NCBI GenBank assembly: GCA_024637035.1
Contig: JAGXFW010000008.1
Location: forward strand, 79,981 to 143,980
Length of the DNA: 64,000 nt
From: Actinomycetes bacterium
Lineage (GTDB): Bacteria; Actinomycetota; Thermoleophilia; RBG-16-64-13
Reading direction: 5' to 3'
Below the pieces are notes generated by a model. That model had not been told where the DNA came from. It saw nothing but the letters and a program-made list of their open reading frames with translations, and searched no databases. A program made the position numbers and the translations under genes. Within the stretch, counting starts at the first letter, position 1. Each line of letters starts with the position of its first letter. Below, in pieces: positions 43,669-53,308 of the stretch.

Positions 43669-44892
43669 GTGTCTGAGTGGTCCAACCGCCTGATCGGATA
43701 CGACTTGGTGGACGCCGATCAGCTCCTCGCCAACCCTGCGAATTGGCGTCGTCATCCGAACGTGCAGCGCGAGGCCCTGCGGGGTTCGCTGGATGATCTG
43801 GGTTGGATCGCACCGGTGATCGTCAACCAAACCACGGGCTTCATGATCGATGGGCATGCCCGGGCGGAGGAGGCCCTCGCTCGCGGTGCTCAGGTGCCTG
43901 TAGCCTATGTCGAGCTCACGCCGGCGGAAGAGGCCGAGGCGCTCGCCATCCTCGATCCCATCGGCGCCATGGCGACGGCCGACGCAGATTCCCTGGACGC
44001 GCTTCTGCGTGAAATCACCACGGGGAGCGAGGCGATCCAGAAGCTGCTCGCAGGGATCGCCGAAGGGGCGGGACTGTACCTCGACCGGCCTCTCGCGGAA
44101 GATCCCGGCGCCGATCTCGATCACGCGGATGAGCTCCGGGAGAAGTGGGGCACGGAGGCGGGACAGCTCTGGGAGCTCGGGCCGCATCGGGTCTTGTGTG
44201 GGGACGCGACGGTTGACACGGACGTGCAGCGGCTCATGGGCGGCGGCTTGTGTGAGATGGTCTGGACGGATCCGCCGTGGAACGTGGCCTACGGGCAATC
44301 AGGGACCAACCCGCGCTGGAAGATGCGTACCATCGAGAACGACAACCTGGGTGAGGCGTTCCCTGCCTTCGCCGCCGACTTCTGTCGCGCGATCGCGGCC
44401 GTGGCGCTGCCGGGTGCCCCGATCTACATGGCCATGAGTGCGCAGGAGTGGCCCGTGATCCACGCGACACTGACCGCGGCCGGCTTCCACTGGTCGTCCA
44501 CGATCATCTGGGTGAAGGACCACGCCGTTCTTTCGCGCAAGGACTATCACACTCGCTATGAACCCCTCTGGTACGGATGGCGAGAAGGCGCCGCGAGGCT
44601 GGTGTCGCTGGATGACCGCAGGCAGAACGACGTCTGGGAGATCGATCGCCCTACGCGCTCTGAGGAGCACCCGACGATGAAGCCAGTGGAGCTCGTGGCT
44701 CGTGCGATTGGCAACTCCAGCCGTCTGGGCAATCGGGTGTACGACCCCTTCCTTGGTTCGGGGACCACCATGGTCGCCGCTGAGCAGACGGATCGAGTCT
44801 GCTACGGGCTGGAGCTCGAGCCCAAGTACGTGGCCGTGACCCTCGAGCGGATGCAGGGCATGGGTATTGAGCCCAGCCTGCTGGAGGGGTGA
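43669..44892 (+). CDS. ParB-like nuclease domain fused to a DNA N6/N4 methyltransferase
   Basis: N-terminal LLANPANWRRHP...IDGHAR ParB-N motif. Methylase motifs WTDPPWNVAY and VYDPFLGSGTT. Confidence 0.85.
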   Translation: MSEWSNRLIGYDLVDADQLLANPANWRRHPNVQREALRGSLDDLGWIAPVIVNQTTGFMIDGHARAEEALARGAQVPVAYVELTPAEEAEALAILDPIGAMATADADSLDALLREITTGSEAIQKLLAGIAEGAGLYLDRPLAEDPGADLDHADELREKWGTEAGQLWELGPHRVLCGDATVDTDVQRLMGGGLCEMVWTDPPWNVAYGQSGTNPRWKMRTIENDNLGEAFPAFAADFCRAIAAVALPGAPIYMAMSAQEWPVIHATLTAAGFHWSSTIIWVKDHAVLSRKDYHTRYEPLWYGWREGAARLVSLDDRRQNDVWEIDRPTRSEEHPTMKPVELVARAIGNSSRLGNRVYDPFLGSGTTMVAAEQTDRVCYGLELEPKYVAVTLERMQGMGIEPSLLEG

Positions 44893-45431
44893 TGGGCGGC
44901 CCCGAGGGCGCGGCGAGCGCCCGCAAGGCTCTCGCCCGCAAGCGCGAGGCCGACGCTCTTGAGCTCCGACTGGGAGGGGCCACCTACGAGCAGATCGCCG
45001 GGCGCCTCGGCTACAAGAACCGCTCGGGTGCTATGCGAGCGGTCCAGCGGGCCCTCGACAAGCTGATCTCTCCCGAGAACGTGGAGAGCCTGCGCCAGCT
45101 GGAGCTCGAGCGCCTCGATCGGCTGCTCCTCGGCATCTGGAGCTCAGCGGTACGGGGCAATCCCCCGGCCATCGATCGCGTGCTCAAGATCCTCGAGCGC
45201 CGGGCGCGGATCCTCGGGATCGATGCACCTGAGCGCCGTGAGTTCTCGGGGCCGGGCGGAGGGCCGATTCAGCATGAGCACCACACCGAAACCGAGCTCG
45301 ATCGAGAGATCGGCCGCCTCCTGGGCGACATGGCCTATGCCGAAGAAGCGCTCCTTGGCCACGCGCCTGCGGACCTCCCGCGAGGCTTCGAGCCGCCTCT
45401 ACGACTGGACGTTGGCGCGGAGACTGATTGA
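44889..45431 (+). CDS. Terminase small subunit (HTH type)
   Basis: The GATYEQIAGRLGYKNRSGAMRAV HTH is followed by a helical oligomerisation-like region. Lies directly upstream of terL. Confidence 0.6.
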   Translation: MMGGPEGAASARKALARKREADALELRLGGATYEQIAGRLGYKNRSGAMRAVQRALDKLISPENVESLRQLELERLDRLLLGIWSSAVRGNPPAIDRVLKILERRARILGIDAPERREFSGPGGGPIQHEHHTETELDREIGRLLGDMAYAEEALLGHAPADLPRGFEPPLRLDVGAETD

Positions 45432-46962
45432 CGGCGAGCCCTTCGCGTTCGCGGGGCACGAGTACCTGCGGGGACTCTACGCCGACGAGTCTCCGGGGAT
45501 GGTCATCCGCAAGGCCGCCCAGATGGGGGCAAGCGAGTACGCGATCTCGCGGGCGCTCCACTTCGCGATTCTGCGGGGCGGGCGGACGGTGTACTTCTTC
45601 CCCTCCGACCATGACGTTGGCGAGTTCTCTCGGGATCGCTTCGCGCCGGCTGTGGAGGAGTCGCCGTACCTGAAGGCGCTCGTACGGGATACCGATACCG
45701 CCGGACTCAAGCAGATCGGCAAGGGCTCCATCTACTTCCGGGGCACGCGATCGCGAACCCGCATGAAGTCGGTGCCGGCAGACTTCTTGATCTTCGACGA
45801 GCTCGACGAGATGATTCCGGCGAACGTGTCCCTGGCCGAGAAGCGGCTCGGCCACTCCGAGTGGGGCTGGTCGCTCCGACTCTCAACCCCGTCGCTGCCC
45901 GAGTACGGGGTGGATGCAGCCTTCGGGGAGACGGACCAGCGTCACTGGCTGCTCCGTTGTCCAGGTTGCGGGCGCTGGCGCTGCCTGGAGGACGAATTCC
46001 TCGAGCACCACGGCTCCCCCCAGGATCCCCGGCAGGAGATCTGCTTCATCAAGGGCGAGCCCGGAAGTGAGCGGTTGGTCTGCTTGGGTTGCGGGGCGAC
46101 ACTGAACCCGGCTCATGGCCGCTGGGTGGCGAAGCATCCCGAGAGGCCCACGCACGGTTACCACCTCTCGAAGTTCCAGAGTCAGATCGTGTCGCAGCAG
46201 GAGCGAGAGCAAGGGCACCACACCAAGCCCTCGGCTCTCCTGGCGGAGTGGCGGACAACGCGTTTCCCGGAGGAGTTCTTCAACTCCGAAGTGGGGCTCC
46301 CCTACCTGGCGGCCGAGGGCGGCCTCACAGAGCAAGAGCTCCTGGCGCTCGAGGGCGTCTACGGACAACCGGACTTCGGCAAGGGCTGCGTCATGGGCGT
46401 CGACCAGGGCAACGGACTCCACGTGGTCGTGAAGGAGCCCACCGGCTCGGGCCTGGTGTGCACGGTCCGCATCCACAACGAGCCGATGACCGACGCCGTG
46501 TTCAGCCACCTGGATCACTTCATGGCCAACTACGACGTGCGGGCCTGCGTAATCGATGCGCTGCCGAATACCCATGCGGCGCGGGCCTTCTCTCGGCGCT
46601 TCCCGGGACGGGTGTGGATGGCGTTCTACTCGTCCACCCAGAAGGGCGGGGCCGCCTGGAGCTACGACCAGGAAGGCAGTCCGGTGGTGAGCATCAACCG
46701 TACCGAGGCCCTGGACGCCTGGCGGGACGTGCACAAACTCCAGCAGAGGCGTCTCCCGCGGGATACGAACGAGCTGGCCGAGTACCGCCGGCAGATGACC
46801 AACGTGCTGCGCAAGGTCGAGGAGGACCCCGTGAGTGGAGAGAGACGCGCGCGATGGATCAAGCGGGGGCCGGACCACTTTGCCCACGCCGATAGCTACG
46901 CCGAGATCGCCCTCGGACAGCAGGGCGGGCGTAGCCGCGTGAGCGTGCTGGTGGTGGGCTGA
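45274..46962 (+). CDS. Terminase large subunit (GpA-like); start uncertain (45274-45430)
   Basis: VIRKAAQMGASE Walker-A-like motif. LIFDELDE Walker B. CPGCG...CLGCG zinc-binding insert. C-terminal nuclease region. Confidence 0.85.
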   Translation: MSTTPKPSSIERSAASWATWPMPKKRSLATRLRTSREASSRLYDWTLARRLIDGEPFAFAGHEYLRGLYADESPGMVIRKAAQMGASEYAISRALHFAILRGGRTVYFFPSDHDVGEFSRDRFAPAVEESPYLKALVRDTDTAGLKQIGKGSIYFRGTRSRTRMKSVPADFLIFDELDEMIPANVSLAEKRLGHSEWGWSLRLSTPSLPEYGVDAAFGETDQRHWLLRCPGCGRWRCLEDEFLEHHGSPQDPRQEICFIKGEPGSERLVCLGCGATLNPAHGRWVAKHPERPTHGYHLSKFQSQIVSQQEREQGHHTKPSALLAEWRTTRFPEEFFNSEVGLPYLAAEGGLTEQELLALEGVYGQPDFGKGCVMGVDQGNGLHVVVKEPTGSGLVCTVRIHNEPMTDAVFSHLDHFMANYDVRACVIDALPNTHAARAFSRRFPGRVWMAFYSSTQKGGAAWSYDQEGSPVVSINRTEALDAWRDVHKLQQRRLPRDTNELAEYRRQMTNVLRKVEEDPVSGERRARWIKRGPDHFAHADSYAEIALGQQGGRSRVSVLVVG

Positions 46963-48437
46963 TGAGCAAGGTGCACATCGAGGTCATCGAGACCCCGGCG
47001 AAGGGCGGAGGCGAGTCCAAGCAGCTCGACTTGGCAAAGTTCAACTACGACGAGCACAAGTGCGTAAGCCCGCCGATCGATCCGCAGATCCTGGCGCAGC
47101 TCTACAGCCGCAGCGTCGCGCACAAAGCGTGCGTGGATGCCAAGGCCGTGAACACCGTGGGCCTCGGCTGGAAGTTCGAACCGAAGGCGGGGACGGACCC
47201 CGGCGACCCCAGCATAGAAGAGCTCACCGAGCAGCTGACCGCCTGGCTCGAGCTCCTGGCCCGCCGGGACGGAGAGACATTCAGCGACCTCCTCCTCGCC
47301 GCCAAGAAGGACGAGGAGAGCGTCGGGTGGGCCGCCATCGAGATCTCGCGGAACGGCAAAGGCCAGGCCGACGGCTTCTACCACGTGCACTCCTACACCC
47401 TCCGGCGCCGGAAGGACAAGGACGGCTGGGTGCAGAAGGTGGCCGGCGACTATGTGTACTTCCGGAACTACGGCACGGCGGCCAAGGATACCAAGTCGCC
47501 GGATCGCTTCGAAGGCGCGAACGAGCTGCTGATCGTGGGGGAGACGGCGCCCGACAGTCCGTTCTACCCGCTACCAGACCACGTGCCGGCGCTCGGGGAC
47601 ATTGCGGGCGATGAGGCGGCCCAGGCGTACCAACTGCAGTTCTTCAAGAACAACGCGGTCCCCAGGATGGCGATCGTAGTGGAGGGCGGCGAGCTCGACG
47701 AGGACACCAAGACGTATCTCCTCGAGTACATGCGGGAGGGGATCCGCGGGGACGCGCACAAGACCCTGATCATCCAAGGCAAGGAGCCGTCGGCCCCCGG
47801 GAAGCCGGAGTCCAAGATCCGCATCGAAAAGTTGACCGTCGGCACCCGCGAAGAGGCCGACTTCATGGAGTACCGACGCTTCGTCGTCGGCCAGGTGATC
47901 ATGGCCCACCGGGTGAGCCCGAGCAAGGTCACGATCGTGGAGAACGCCAACCTCGCCAACAGCAAAGACCAGGACAAGACGTTCAAAGAGCAGGTGGTCA
48001 AGCCGGATCAGGACCGCTGGGAGAAGCGCATCCAGTGGCTGCTGGAGGACGAGTTTGGCGCGGACATTCCTCTGCGCTTTGAGTTCACGGAGATGGACCT
48101 CGCCGACGAGGAGCAGATCGCCCGCACCCGTACCCACTACATGGGGGCGCTCACGAACAACGAGGTGCGCTCCTTCATCGATCACGGCGACGCAGGCATG
48201 GATCCTGACACCGGGGCGGTCACCGATCCGGATCTGGAAGAGTGGGGCCGTCAACCTTTCGAAGCGCCTACTCCCGCGCTGTCCGGTGCCCAGGAGGGTC
48301 TCGGCAATCTGGAGTCGCTCAGCAAGCGCGTCTCGCCGGCTCACCGGGCCTTCATCGCTGAGGTGGCGAAGCTGGGCTACCTGGTGGAGGAGATCCGGGA
48401 ACTCGCCGGTCCGGATTCAGAGCACGCGGGCTACTAG
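46962..48437 (+). CDS. Portal protein
   Basis: Size, position after terL, and portal-like core (AVPRMAIVVEGG, FKEQVVKPDQDRWE). Confidence 0.8.
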   Translation: MSKVHIEVIETPAKGGGESKQLDLAKFNYDEHKCVSPPIDPQILAQLYSRSVAHKACVDAKAVNTVGLGWKFEPKAGTDPGDPSIEELTEQLTAWLELLARRDGETFSDLLLAAKKDEESVGWAAIEISRNGKGQADGFYHVHSYTLRRRKDKDGWVQKVAGDYVYFRNYGTAAKDTKSPDRFEGANELLIVGETAPDSPFYPLPDHVPALGDIAGDEAAQAYQLQFFKNNAVPRMAIVVEGGELDEDTKTYLLEYMREGIRGDAHKTLIIQGKEPSAPGKPESKIRIEKLTVGTREEADFMEYRRFVVGQVIMAHRVSPSKVTIVENANLANSKDQDKTFKEQVVKPDQDRWEKRIQWLLEDEFGADIPLRFEFTEMDLADEEQIARTRTHYMGALTNNEVRSFIDHGDAGMDPDTGAVTDPDLEEWGRQPFEAPTPALSGAQEGLGNLESLSKRVSPAHRAFIAEVAKLGYLVEEIRELAGPDSEHAGY

Positions 48438-48458
48438 CTCGACACAAGGGAGGAACGG

Positions 48459-48776
48459 ATGGGTTTTTGGGAGGCCATACGCAATGCAGCGAACGATGCT
48501 CTGCGGGTGGAACCGCGTCCCTACGATTCTGGTGGTATTGTCACTTTCGCGAATGATGGCGTCGTCTGGACTGAAGTATCCCCAGCTGCGCAGGCATTGG
48601 AGGTCGTGATTCGACCTACTGACCCTACCCACAGGTTGTCGGTCGGAAGTTCAGCCACTCCTGGAACCAATGTGGAAGTAGTCCCCGCCGGAGAGCCGTT
48701 CGCTCACCCGTGTACGGGGAAGGTTTGGGTCAAGCTATCCGCATCGGGAACCTTCTCCGTCCGGACCTATACCTAG
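48459..48776 (+). CDS. Hypothetical protein (lower-GC insert)
   Basis: AGGGAGGA before the ATG. Many A/T third positions compared with neighbours. Confidence 0.55.
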   Translation: MGFWEAIRNAANDALRVEPRPYDSGGIVTFANDGVVWTEVSPAAQALEVVIRPTDPTHRLSVGSSATPGTNVEVVPAGEPFAHPCTGKVWVKLSASGTFSVRTYT

Positions 48777-48780
48777 ACGG

Positions 48781-49581
48781 GTGTTGTCTCCCCGAGACAG
48801 ACTCTTTCGACGGACGAAAGCTGCCTCCGGGCGGTCTGCTCCTGTCGGCGGCTTGACCGAGTTCATCACGACCGGCCTCACCGTGCAGTTCAACTTCCTG
48901 CAAGGCGCTGATCCTCTCAAGCTGTATGAGGTCTCCGGGACTGGTCTGACCGGAACCTTCAAGCCTGGCGCAGGCACGGTTCCGACTTGGGTAGACGGGG
49001 GCACCGCAGTAGAGTTCAATGCGAACGGTGGCCACATTCTCTATTGGCCCAGTGAGCCGTCCGGTGTCATCTACGACGTGAATGAACCCAATGTCCCTGT
49101 CGTGTGGTTCGCAGCGTTCCTGATGTCTGACCTGACTTGGGATAATGGGTTCGGGGCCTACGTGTTCTGCGGCAACGGCATCAACATGTGCGGAGTCAAC
49201 CGGATTCGGCCCGGACTGAAGCCAGCCTCGTTGTCGGCCCAAGACTACGCCGCCACTGCGAATGAAATCGGTGACACCACCCTCTGCTCGATGAATACGC
49301 CGATTCTCGTCGCCTGTCGAAGAAGGCAAACCGAGATGGCCCAGTGGACTAGATGGTCGGGACACGCGGTCACCAAAGTGACTCTGGTCACCAGCCCACA
49401 GACCACGTGGGAAGGCAACAAACAGATGAACTTCGGCGACTACTGGGCTGGAGTCGTCGGCCCGATGAAGGGCAAGGGATATTGGGCGCAGTGGAATCAG
49501 GCTGACTTGTCGGACGCTGACGTCGTCCAGAACATGCAGGCGATCGCTGACCGGCTCGCGTTGCGGGGGGTGACGGTGTGA
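48781..49581 (+). CDS. Hypothetical beta-rich protein, possibly LamG/lectin-like
   Basis: Beta-strand-rich composition. No recognisable signal peptide. Start codon uncertain. Confidence 0.5.
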   Translation: MLSPRDRLFRRTKAASGRSAPVGGLTEFITTGLTVQFNFLQGADPLKLYEVSGTGLTGTFKPGAGTVPTWVDGGTAVEFNANGGHILYWPSEPSGVIYDVNEPNVPVVWFAAFLMSDLTWDNGFGAYVFCGNGINMCGVNRIRPGLKPASLSAQDYAATANEIGDTTLCSMNTPILVACRRRQTEMAQWTRWSGHAVTKVTLVTSPQTTWEGNKQMNFGDYWAGVVGPMKGKGYWAQWNQADLSDADVVQNMQAIADRLALRGVTV

Positions 49582-50171
49582 CGATCTGGGGGCCGAATCC
49601 GCCAACGCACGACGCGAACGTGTACTCGGCCGAGCCAGCTGTCGCCCACAACACCGATATGCTCATGCCGCGGAGGGGGACCGGACCCCAGCGGGCGTTT
49701 CTCCAGTTCGATCTCTCGGCTGTGCCTGGTGGGGCCACTATTGTGTCGGCGACACTGAAGCTTCAGCAGGTGTGGTACGCCCTCAGCTCGAACGGACCGA
49801 AGCTGTTGGAGTGCCGCAACCTGCTCGGAACGTTCACCGAGGCGGCTGTGACCTGGAATAACATGCCCGGGTTGGGGGCACTGGTGTCCCCGTCCAACTT
49901 CGACGACTCGAGTGCGATCGGGACTCCGCGTCTGTGGGATGTGGCGGCACTCGTGACGCAGTATCGTGGAGCCTCGATGCCTCTGGTGGTGAAGTTTTTG
50001 AGCGCCGACGAAGCGACTGCCGATAGCATCTGGGGGTACGCCTCGAAGGAGCATGCCACCACCGGCGCCCGGCCTGCGTTGACCATAGAGTATGCCGAAG
50101 GTGGGGGTAGTAGCTCTCCGCATCGGGAACCTTTAGGCCCTCGTCGGCGGCTTGTCAATCGTGGAGTGTGA
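49578..50171 (+). CDS. DNRLRE-like domain protein
   Basis: RAFLQFDLSAVPGGATIVSATLKL...AAVTWNNMP matches my recollection of the DNRLRE domain pattern. Confidence 0.5.
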   Translation: MTIWGPNPPTHDANVYSAEPAVAHNTDMLMPRRGTGPQRAFLQFDLSAVPGGATIVSATLKLQQVWYALSSNGPKLLECRNLLGTFTEAAVTWNNMPGLGALVSPSNFDDSSAIGTPRLWDVAALVTQYRGASMPLVVKFLSADEATADSIWGYASKEHATTGARPALTIEYAEGGGSSSPHREPLGPRRRLVNRGV

Positions 50172-50424
50172 GCAGGGCGTGAGGCTCGTCGGGTTGGTCG
50201 CCAGCGAGAGGGTGCTGGTGGCGGAGCAGATTGAGCGGGGGCGCATGTCCGTGGAGCAGGGATGTGAAGGCGGAGTCGTCCAGGGTGTGAGCTTCATCGA
50301 CGCTCGTGCGGATCTTGGCCCCGATGAGCAGCTCGCCACGTACTACGTTCTGGCTGCCGAGGACCGGCATTTCCGTGAGACGAAGGACGGCCCTGCGATC
50401 ACGCTGCCGGAGCTGCGGCGGTAG
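50152..50424 (+). CDS. Hypothetical protein
   Basis: Track ORF with TTG or GTG start. Overlaps the upstream gene end. Confidence 0.35.
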   Translation: MSIVECEQGVRLVGLVASERVLVAEQIERGRMSVEQGCEGGVVQGVSFIDARADLGPDEQLATYYVLAAEDRHFRETKDGPAITLPELRR

Positions 50425-50504
50425 TGCGCAGAGGCCCTTGGGTTGGAGCCCCAGACCATCAAGTTCTGGTTCGAATAGGCGAGCGAGCCACAGGAGATTC
50501 AGCG

Positions 50505-50529
50505 AGGCCCCGTGAGGGGCCTTTCCTTT
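50505..50529 (+). terminator. Terminator-like hairpin upstream of the MuF-fusion gene
   Basis: AGGCCCC, loop GTGA, GGGGCCT, followed by TTCCTTTG. Confidence 0.5.
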
Positions 50530-50555
50530 GCCCCTACGACCGGAGGAGCCCCAGC

Positions 50556-53102
50556 GTGTCCCACGCCCTCGCCGAGCTCATCCGCAAGGTCGACACTGAG
50601 GACACCGAGGCCTGGCTGCGCGAAGGCATCCCACACGGCGCGGGCCTCCCGCCGGCCAAGGTCCTCGCCGCGCAGATTCTGACACTTCGTGACGGTCTCG
50701 CCGGCGTCATGCGCCAGCAGCAGAAACTCTACGCCGCCTACATCCGCGAGCACCCACCGTCCCAGCCGGTTCTCAAGAAGAAGCGCCCGTTCGATGATCT
50801 TCCTCCCGGCGCAGCGCTCGAATGGCAGACGTGGCTCTCAGAGGTGATCTCCCGCGGTGGCACGGTGGAGGTCGATGCAGAGGAGTTCGCGCAGGCGCTG
50901 CAAGTCGCGGCCCGCGAGGGCGTGGGGGAGGGCGCGGTCGCCGGAGCCAAGGCGGCGGGGCTGCTCCCGGCCGGCGCTCGAGAGCTGACCGTGGCACAGG
51001 CGCGGAAGGCCCTGGTGGAGCTCGCGGGCTTCGAAGCTTCCACCGATCGGGCCCGGCGGGCAATCTGGCAAGCGCTGGAGCGGGCTGCCAAGACCAAGGG
51101 AGTGCGGGCCCTCGTACTCCGGGACGGCGCCGGGCGGATCGTGGCGGCGGCGAGCTATCGTGTTCAGAAAGGGCTCCTCGAGATCGAGTATCTGGGGGCG
51201 CTCGAGCGGGAAGTGCCCGGCACCGGCGTCCAGCTTATGCGTGAGCTCGCAGCGGCGGCCGTCAAGAGCAAGAGCGGACTCGCAGTCACCGCCGGCCCGG
51301 AGTCCGAAGCTTTCTTCTCCGGGTTCGGGATGCAGCGCGCATCGGCCGCCGCGGGCAGCACGGTCTTCTCCTTGGCGCCTGGGTCTGTAGAGGGTCTGGC
51401 CGCCGGTAGTTTTGCGGGGCAGGTGCCCGTCTGGCTCACGGCCGGTTGGCTTGAGGGCCCAGCGGCTACGTTCCGGGCCGTCAACGGTGCGGCGTCTCTG
51501 GTGGCTGAGAACGGGAGTACGCTGGCTGAGGCGGCTTACGAGCTCGGCGAGAAGGGGCCCCTGCGAGTGACCGCGCTTGATCTGGCCGAAAACGTACCCC
51601 CTGGGGTCGAACGCAGAATGCTCCGTGAGCTGGCCACCGTCGCCCGAGAGGCAGAGCGGAGCCTCGAACTTCCCCTGGAGCCTGGGCGGATGGCCCTCTA
51701 CGAACGCCTGGGAGCAAACGCGAGAGCCGCCTGGGGCGTCCGGGAGGCACAGGTGCTTGCCTCAGGTCTCTCGGCGACGCCGGGGTTCGCCGGTCAACTC
51801 ACCTGGGAGCTCGGGGTAGCTGGGGCGCCTGAATGGCTGCGAGGCCACCGGATCCGGGGTGTGGTCGACGAGATCTCCGCTACGACTCACAGGGCCTTGG
51901 TGAACACGCTGGCTGATGGACTGCAGGCCGGGGAGACCACCGAGCAGCTGGCGCAGCGGGTGATGCGGCTCGACAAGGCTTTCGGGCGGTTGAGGGCGGA
52001 GAGGATCGCCCGCACCGAGGTGCTGACCGCGAATAGATGGGGAGCCAGATTCATAGCCTTGGCTGGCGGCTCCACGGAGCACGAGTGGCACGCTCGCCTG
52101 GACCTGCGGACTCGCCGCTGGCACCGGGAGGCCAACCGGCAGCGTCGGCCGATCGACGAGCCGTTCGTGGTCAACAACCGGCTGGGCGAACCGGAGAAGA
52201 TGATGGTCCCGGGGGACTACGAGTCCTTCGGCGCCGGGCCCGACAACACGATCCAGTGCCGCTGCTCCGTGAAGTACGTGAAGCGTGGTGTTACCTACGA
52301 TCCGCCGGCACTGGACGAGCACGGGCTCGCCGCCGCCGCGGTGCCTGCCCCCGTGGTCGCCGTGACCGGACCGGAAGTCAGTCCCGATATGTACCGCCCC
52401 TCGGCCGAGCGCATCGCAGCCATCCAGAGGCACGCTGAATCCGTCGTCAGAGAGTGGGCCGAGAAGAACGGCGTCACCTTCGAGCAGGGCATGACGCGGG
52501 CACAGGACCTCATGACCGAGGCCGCCGTGGGACCGGTGAAGATCAACTCCACGATTGATGCCGCCCACCTGATTCTGGAAGACGGGCGCTTCGAGACACA
52601 GTTCGAGTCGGGCACGAGCGGCGGGAACTACGACCCCGAGCTGCGTGCCAATGCCGAGAGATCGGGACTTGGGATCCCGGTCGACCTCCCAGCTGCAGAA
52701 CGTCCCGTCTACGGGTACACCACAGGGACTGCCTCGCAGTACGGCGAGATCCAGTGGGTGCTGAAGGACTCCGTCCGGGAGCGGACGACGATCACCCTGG
52801 GCGACAGTCTTGGGGGGTTCCTCAACGAGCTCTATGACGAGCCAACGAAGGCCGCCGGCATGATCGGCACACCCATAGAGGCGCCGAGGCTCGAGGGATT
52901 CAACGGGGAGTGGCGCACCGACGGAATGATGCGCAGCGGCCTCGACTCGCAACCATTCGTCGAAGCTCAGATCCAAGGAGGCCTCACGCTGGACGACGTC
53001 CAGGAGGTGCACGTGCGGGGCCTGCGGTGGACGCCCGAGCACGAGGGGCTGCTGAACCGCTTGATTTACATGGGCATAGATGCGTACATGGAGACGCAAT
53101 GA
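50556..53102 (+). CDS. Large MuF-like (SPP1 gp7 family) head morphogenesis fusion protein with N- and C-terminal extensions
   Basis: GTG 50556 follows GGAGGAG. The upstream part of the track ORF contains the hairpin. The MuF core is about 51850-52290 (ERIARTEVLTANRWG...QCRCSV). Confidence 0.8.
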   Translation: MSHALAELIRKVDTEDTEAWLREGIPHGAGLPPAKVLAAQILTLRDGLAGVMRQQQKLYAAYIREHPPSQPVLKKKRPFDDLPPGAALEWQTWLSEVISRGGTVEVDAEEFAQALQVAAREGVGEGAVAGAKAAGLLPAGARELTVAQARKALVELAGFEASTDRARRAIWQALERAAKTKGVRALVLRDGAGRIVAAASYRVQKGLLEIEYLGALEREVPGTGVQLMRELAAAAVKSKSGLAVTAGPESEAFFSGFGMQRASAAAGSTVFSLAPGSVEGLAAGSFAGQVPVWLTAGWLEGPAATFRAVNGAASLVAENGSTLAEAAYELGEKGPLRVTALDLAENVPPGVERRMLRELATVAREAERSLELPLEPGRMALYERLGANARAAWGVREAQVLASGLSATPGFAGQLTWELGVAGAPEWLRGHRIRGVVDEISATTHRALVNTLADGLQAGETTEQLAQRVMRLDKAFGRLRAERIARTEVLTANRWGARFIALAGGSTEHEWHARLDLRTRRWHREANRQRRPIDEPFVVNNRLGEPEKMMVPGDYESFGAGPDNTIQCRCSVKYVKRGVTYDPPALDEHGLAAAAVPAPVVAVTGPEVSPDMYRPSAERIAAIQRHAESVVREWAEKNGVTFEQGMTRAQDLMTEAAVGPVKINSTIDAAHLILEDGRFETQFESGTSGGNYDPELRANAERSGLGIPVDLPAAERPVYGYTTGTASQYGEIQWVLKDSVRERTTITLGDSLGGFLNELYDEPTKAAGMIGTPIEAPRLEGFNGEWRTDGMMRSGLDSQPFVEAQIQGGLTLDDVQEVHVRGLRWTPEHEGLLNRLIYMGIDAYMETQ

Positions 53103-53308
53103 GACTTAAAGCGACATGGAGAAACAGCGAGTGCACGCTGGTGTTCGCTCAGCCGGGGTCCACCGAGGTGCTCGTGTGGCACCCCGACCGCGACTATCCG
53201 GTGCTCCGCGTCGCGCACGAGATCGGCATCAATAAGTGGGGTCGCTGGACCAGGGTGGACCCTCCCGTGGAATTTGACGTTCCTAAACCAGAGGAGGACG
53301 CACCGTGA
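53099..53308 (+). CDS. Hypothetical small protein
   Basis: ATGA overlap with the MuF gene. 69 aa. Confidence 0.45.
   Translation: MRLKATWRNSECTLVFAQPGSTEVLVWHPDRDYPVLRVAHEIGINKWGRWTRVDPPVEFDVPKPEEDAP

Noticed and set aside
52290-53102. Idea that the MuF C-terminal domain is an ADP-ribosyltransferase (FESGTSGG resembling an STS motif).
   Set aside because: No convincing R...STS...ExE triad could be aligned by eye, so the domain is left unassigned.
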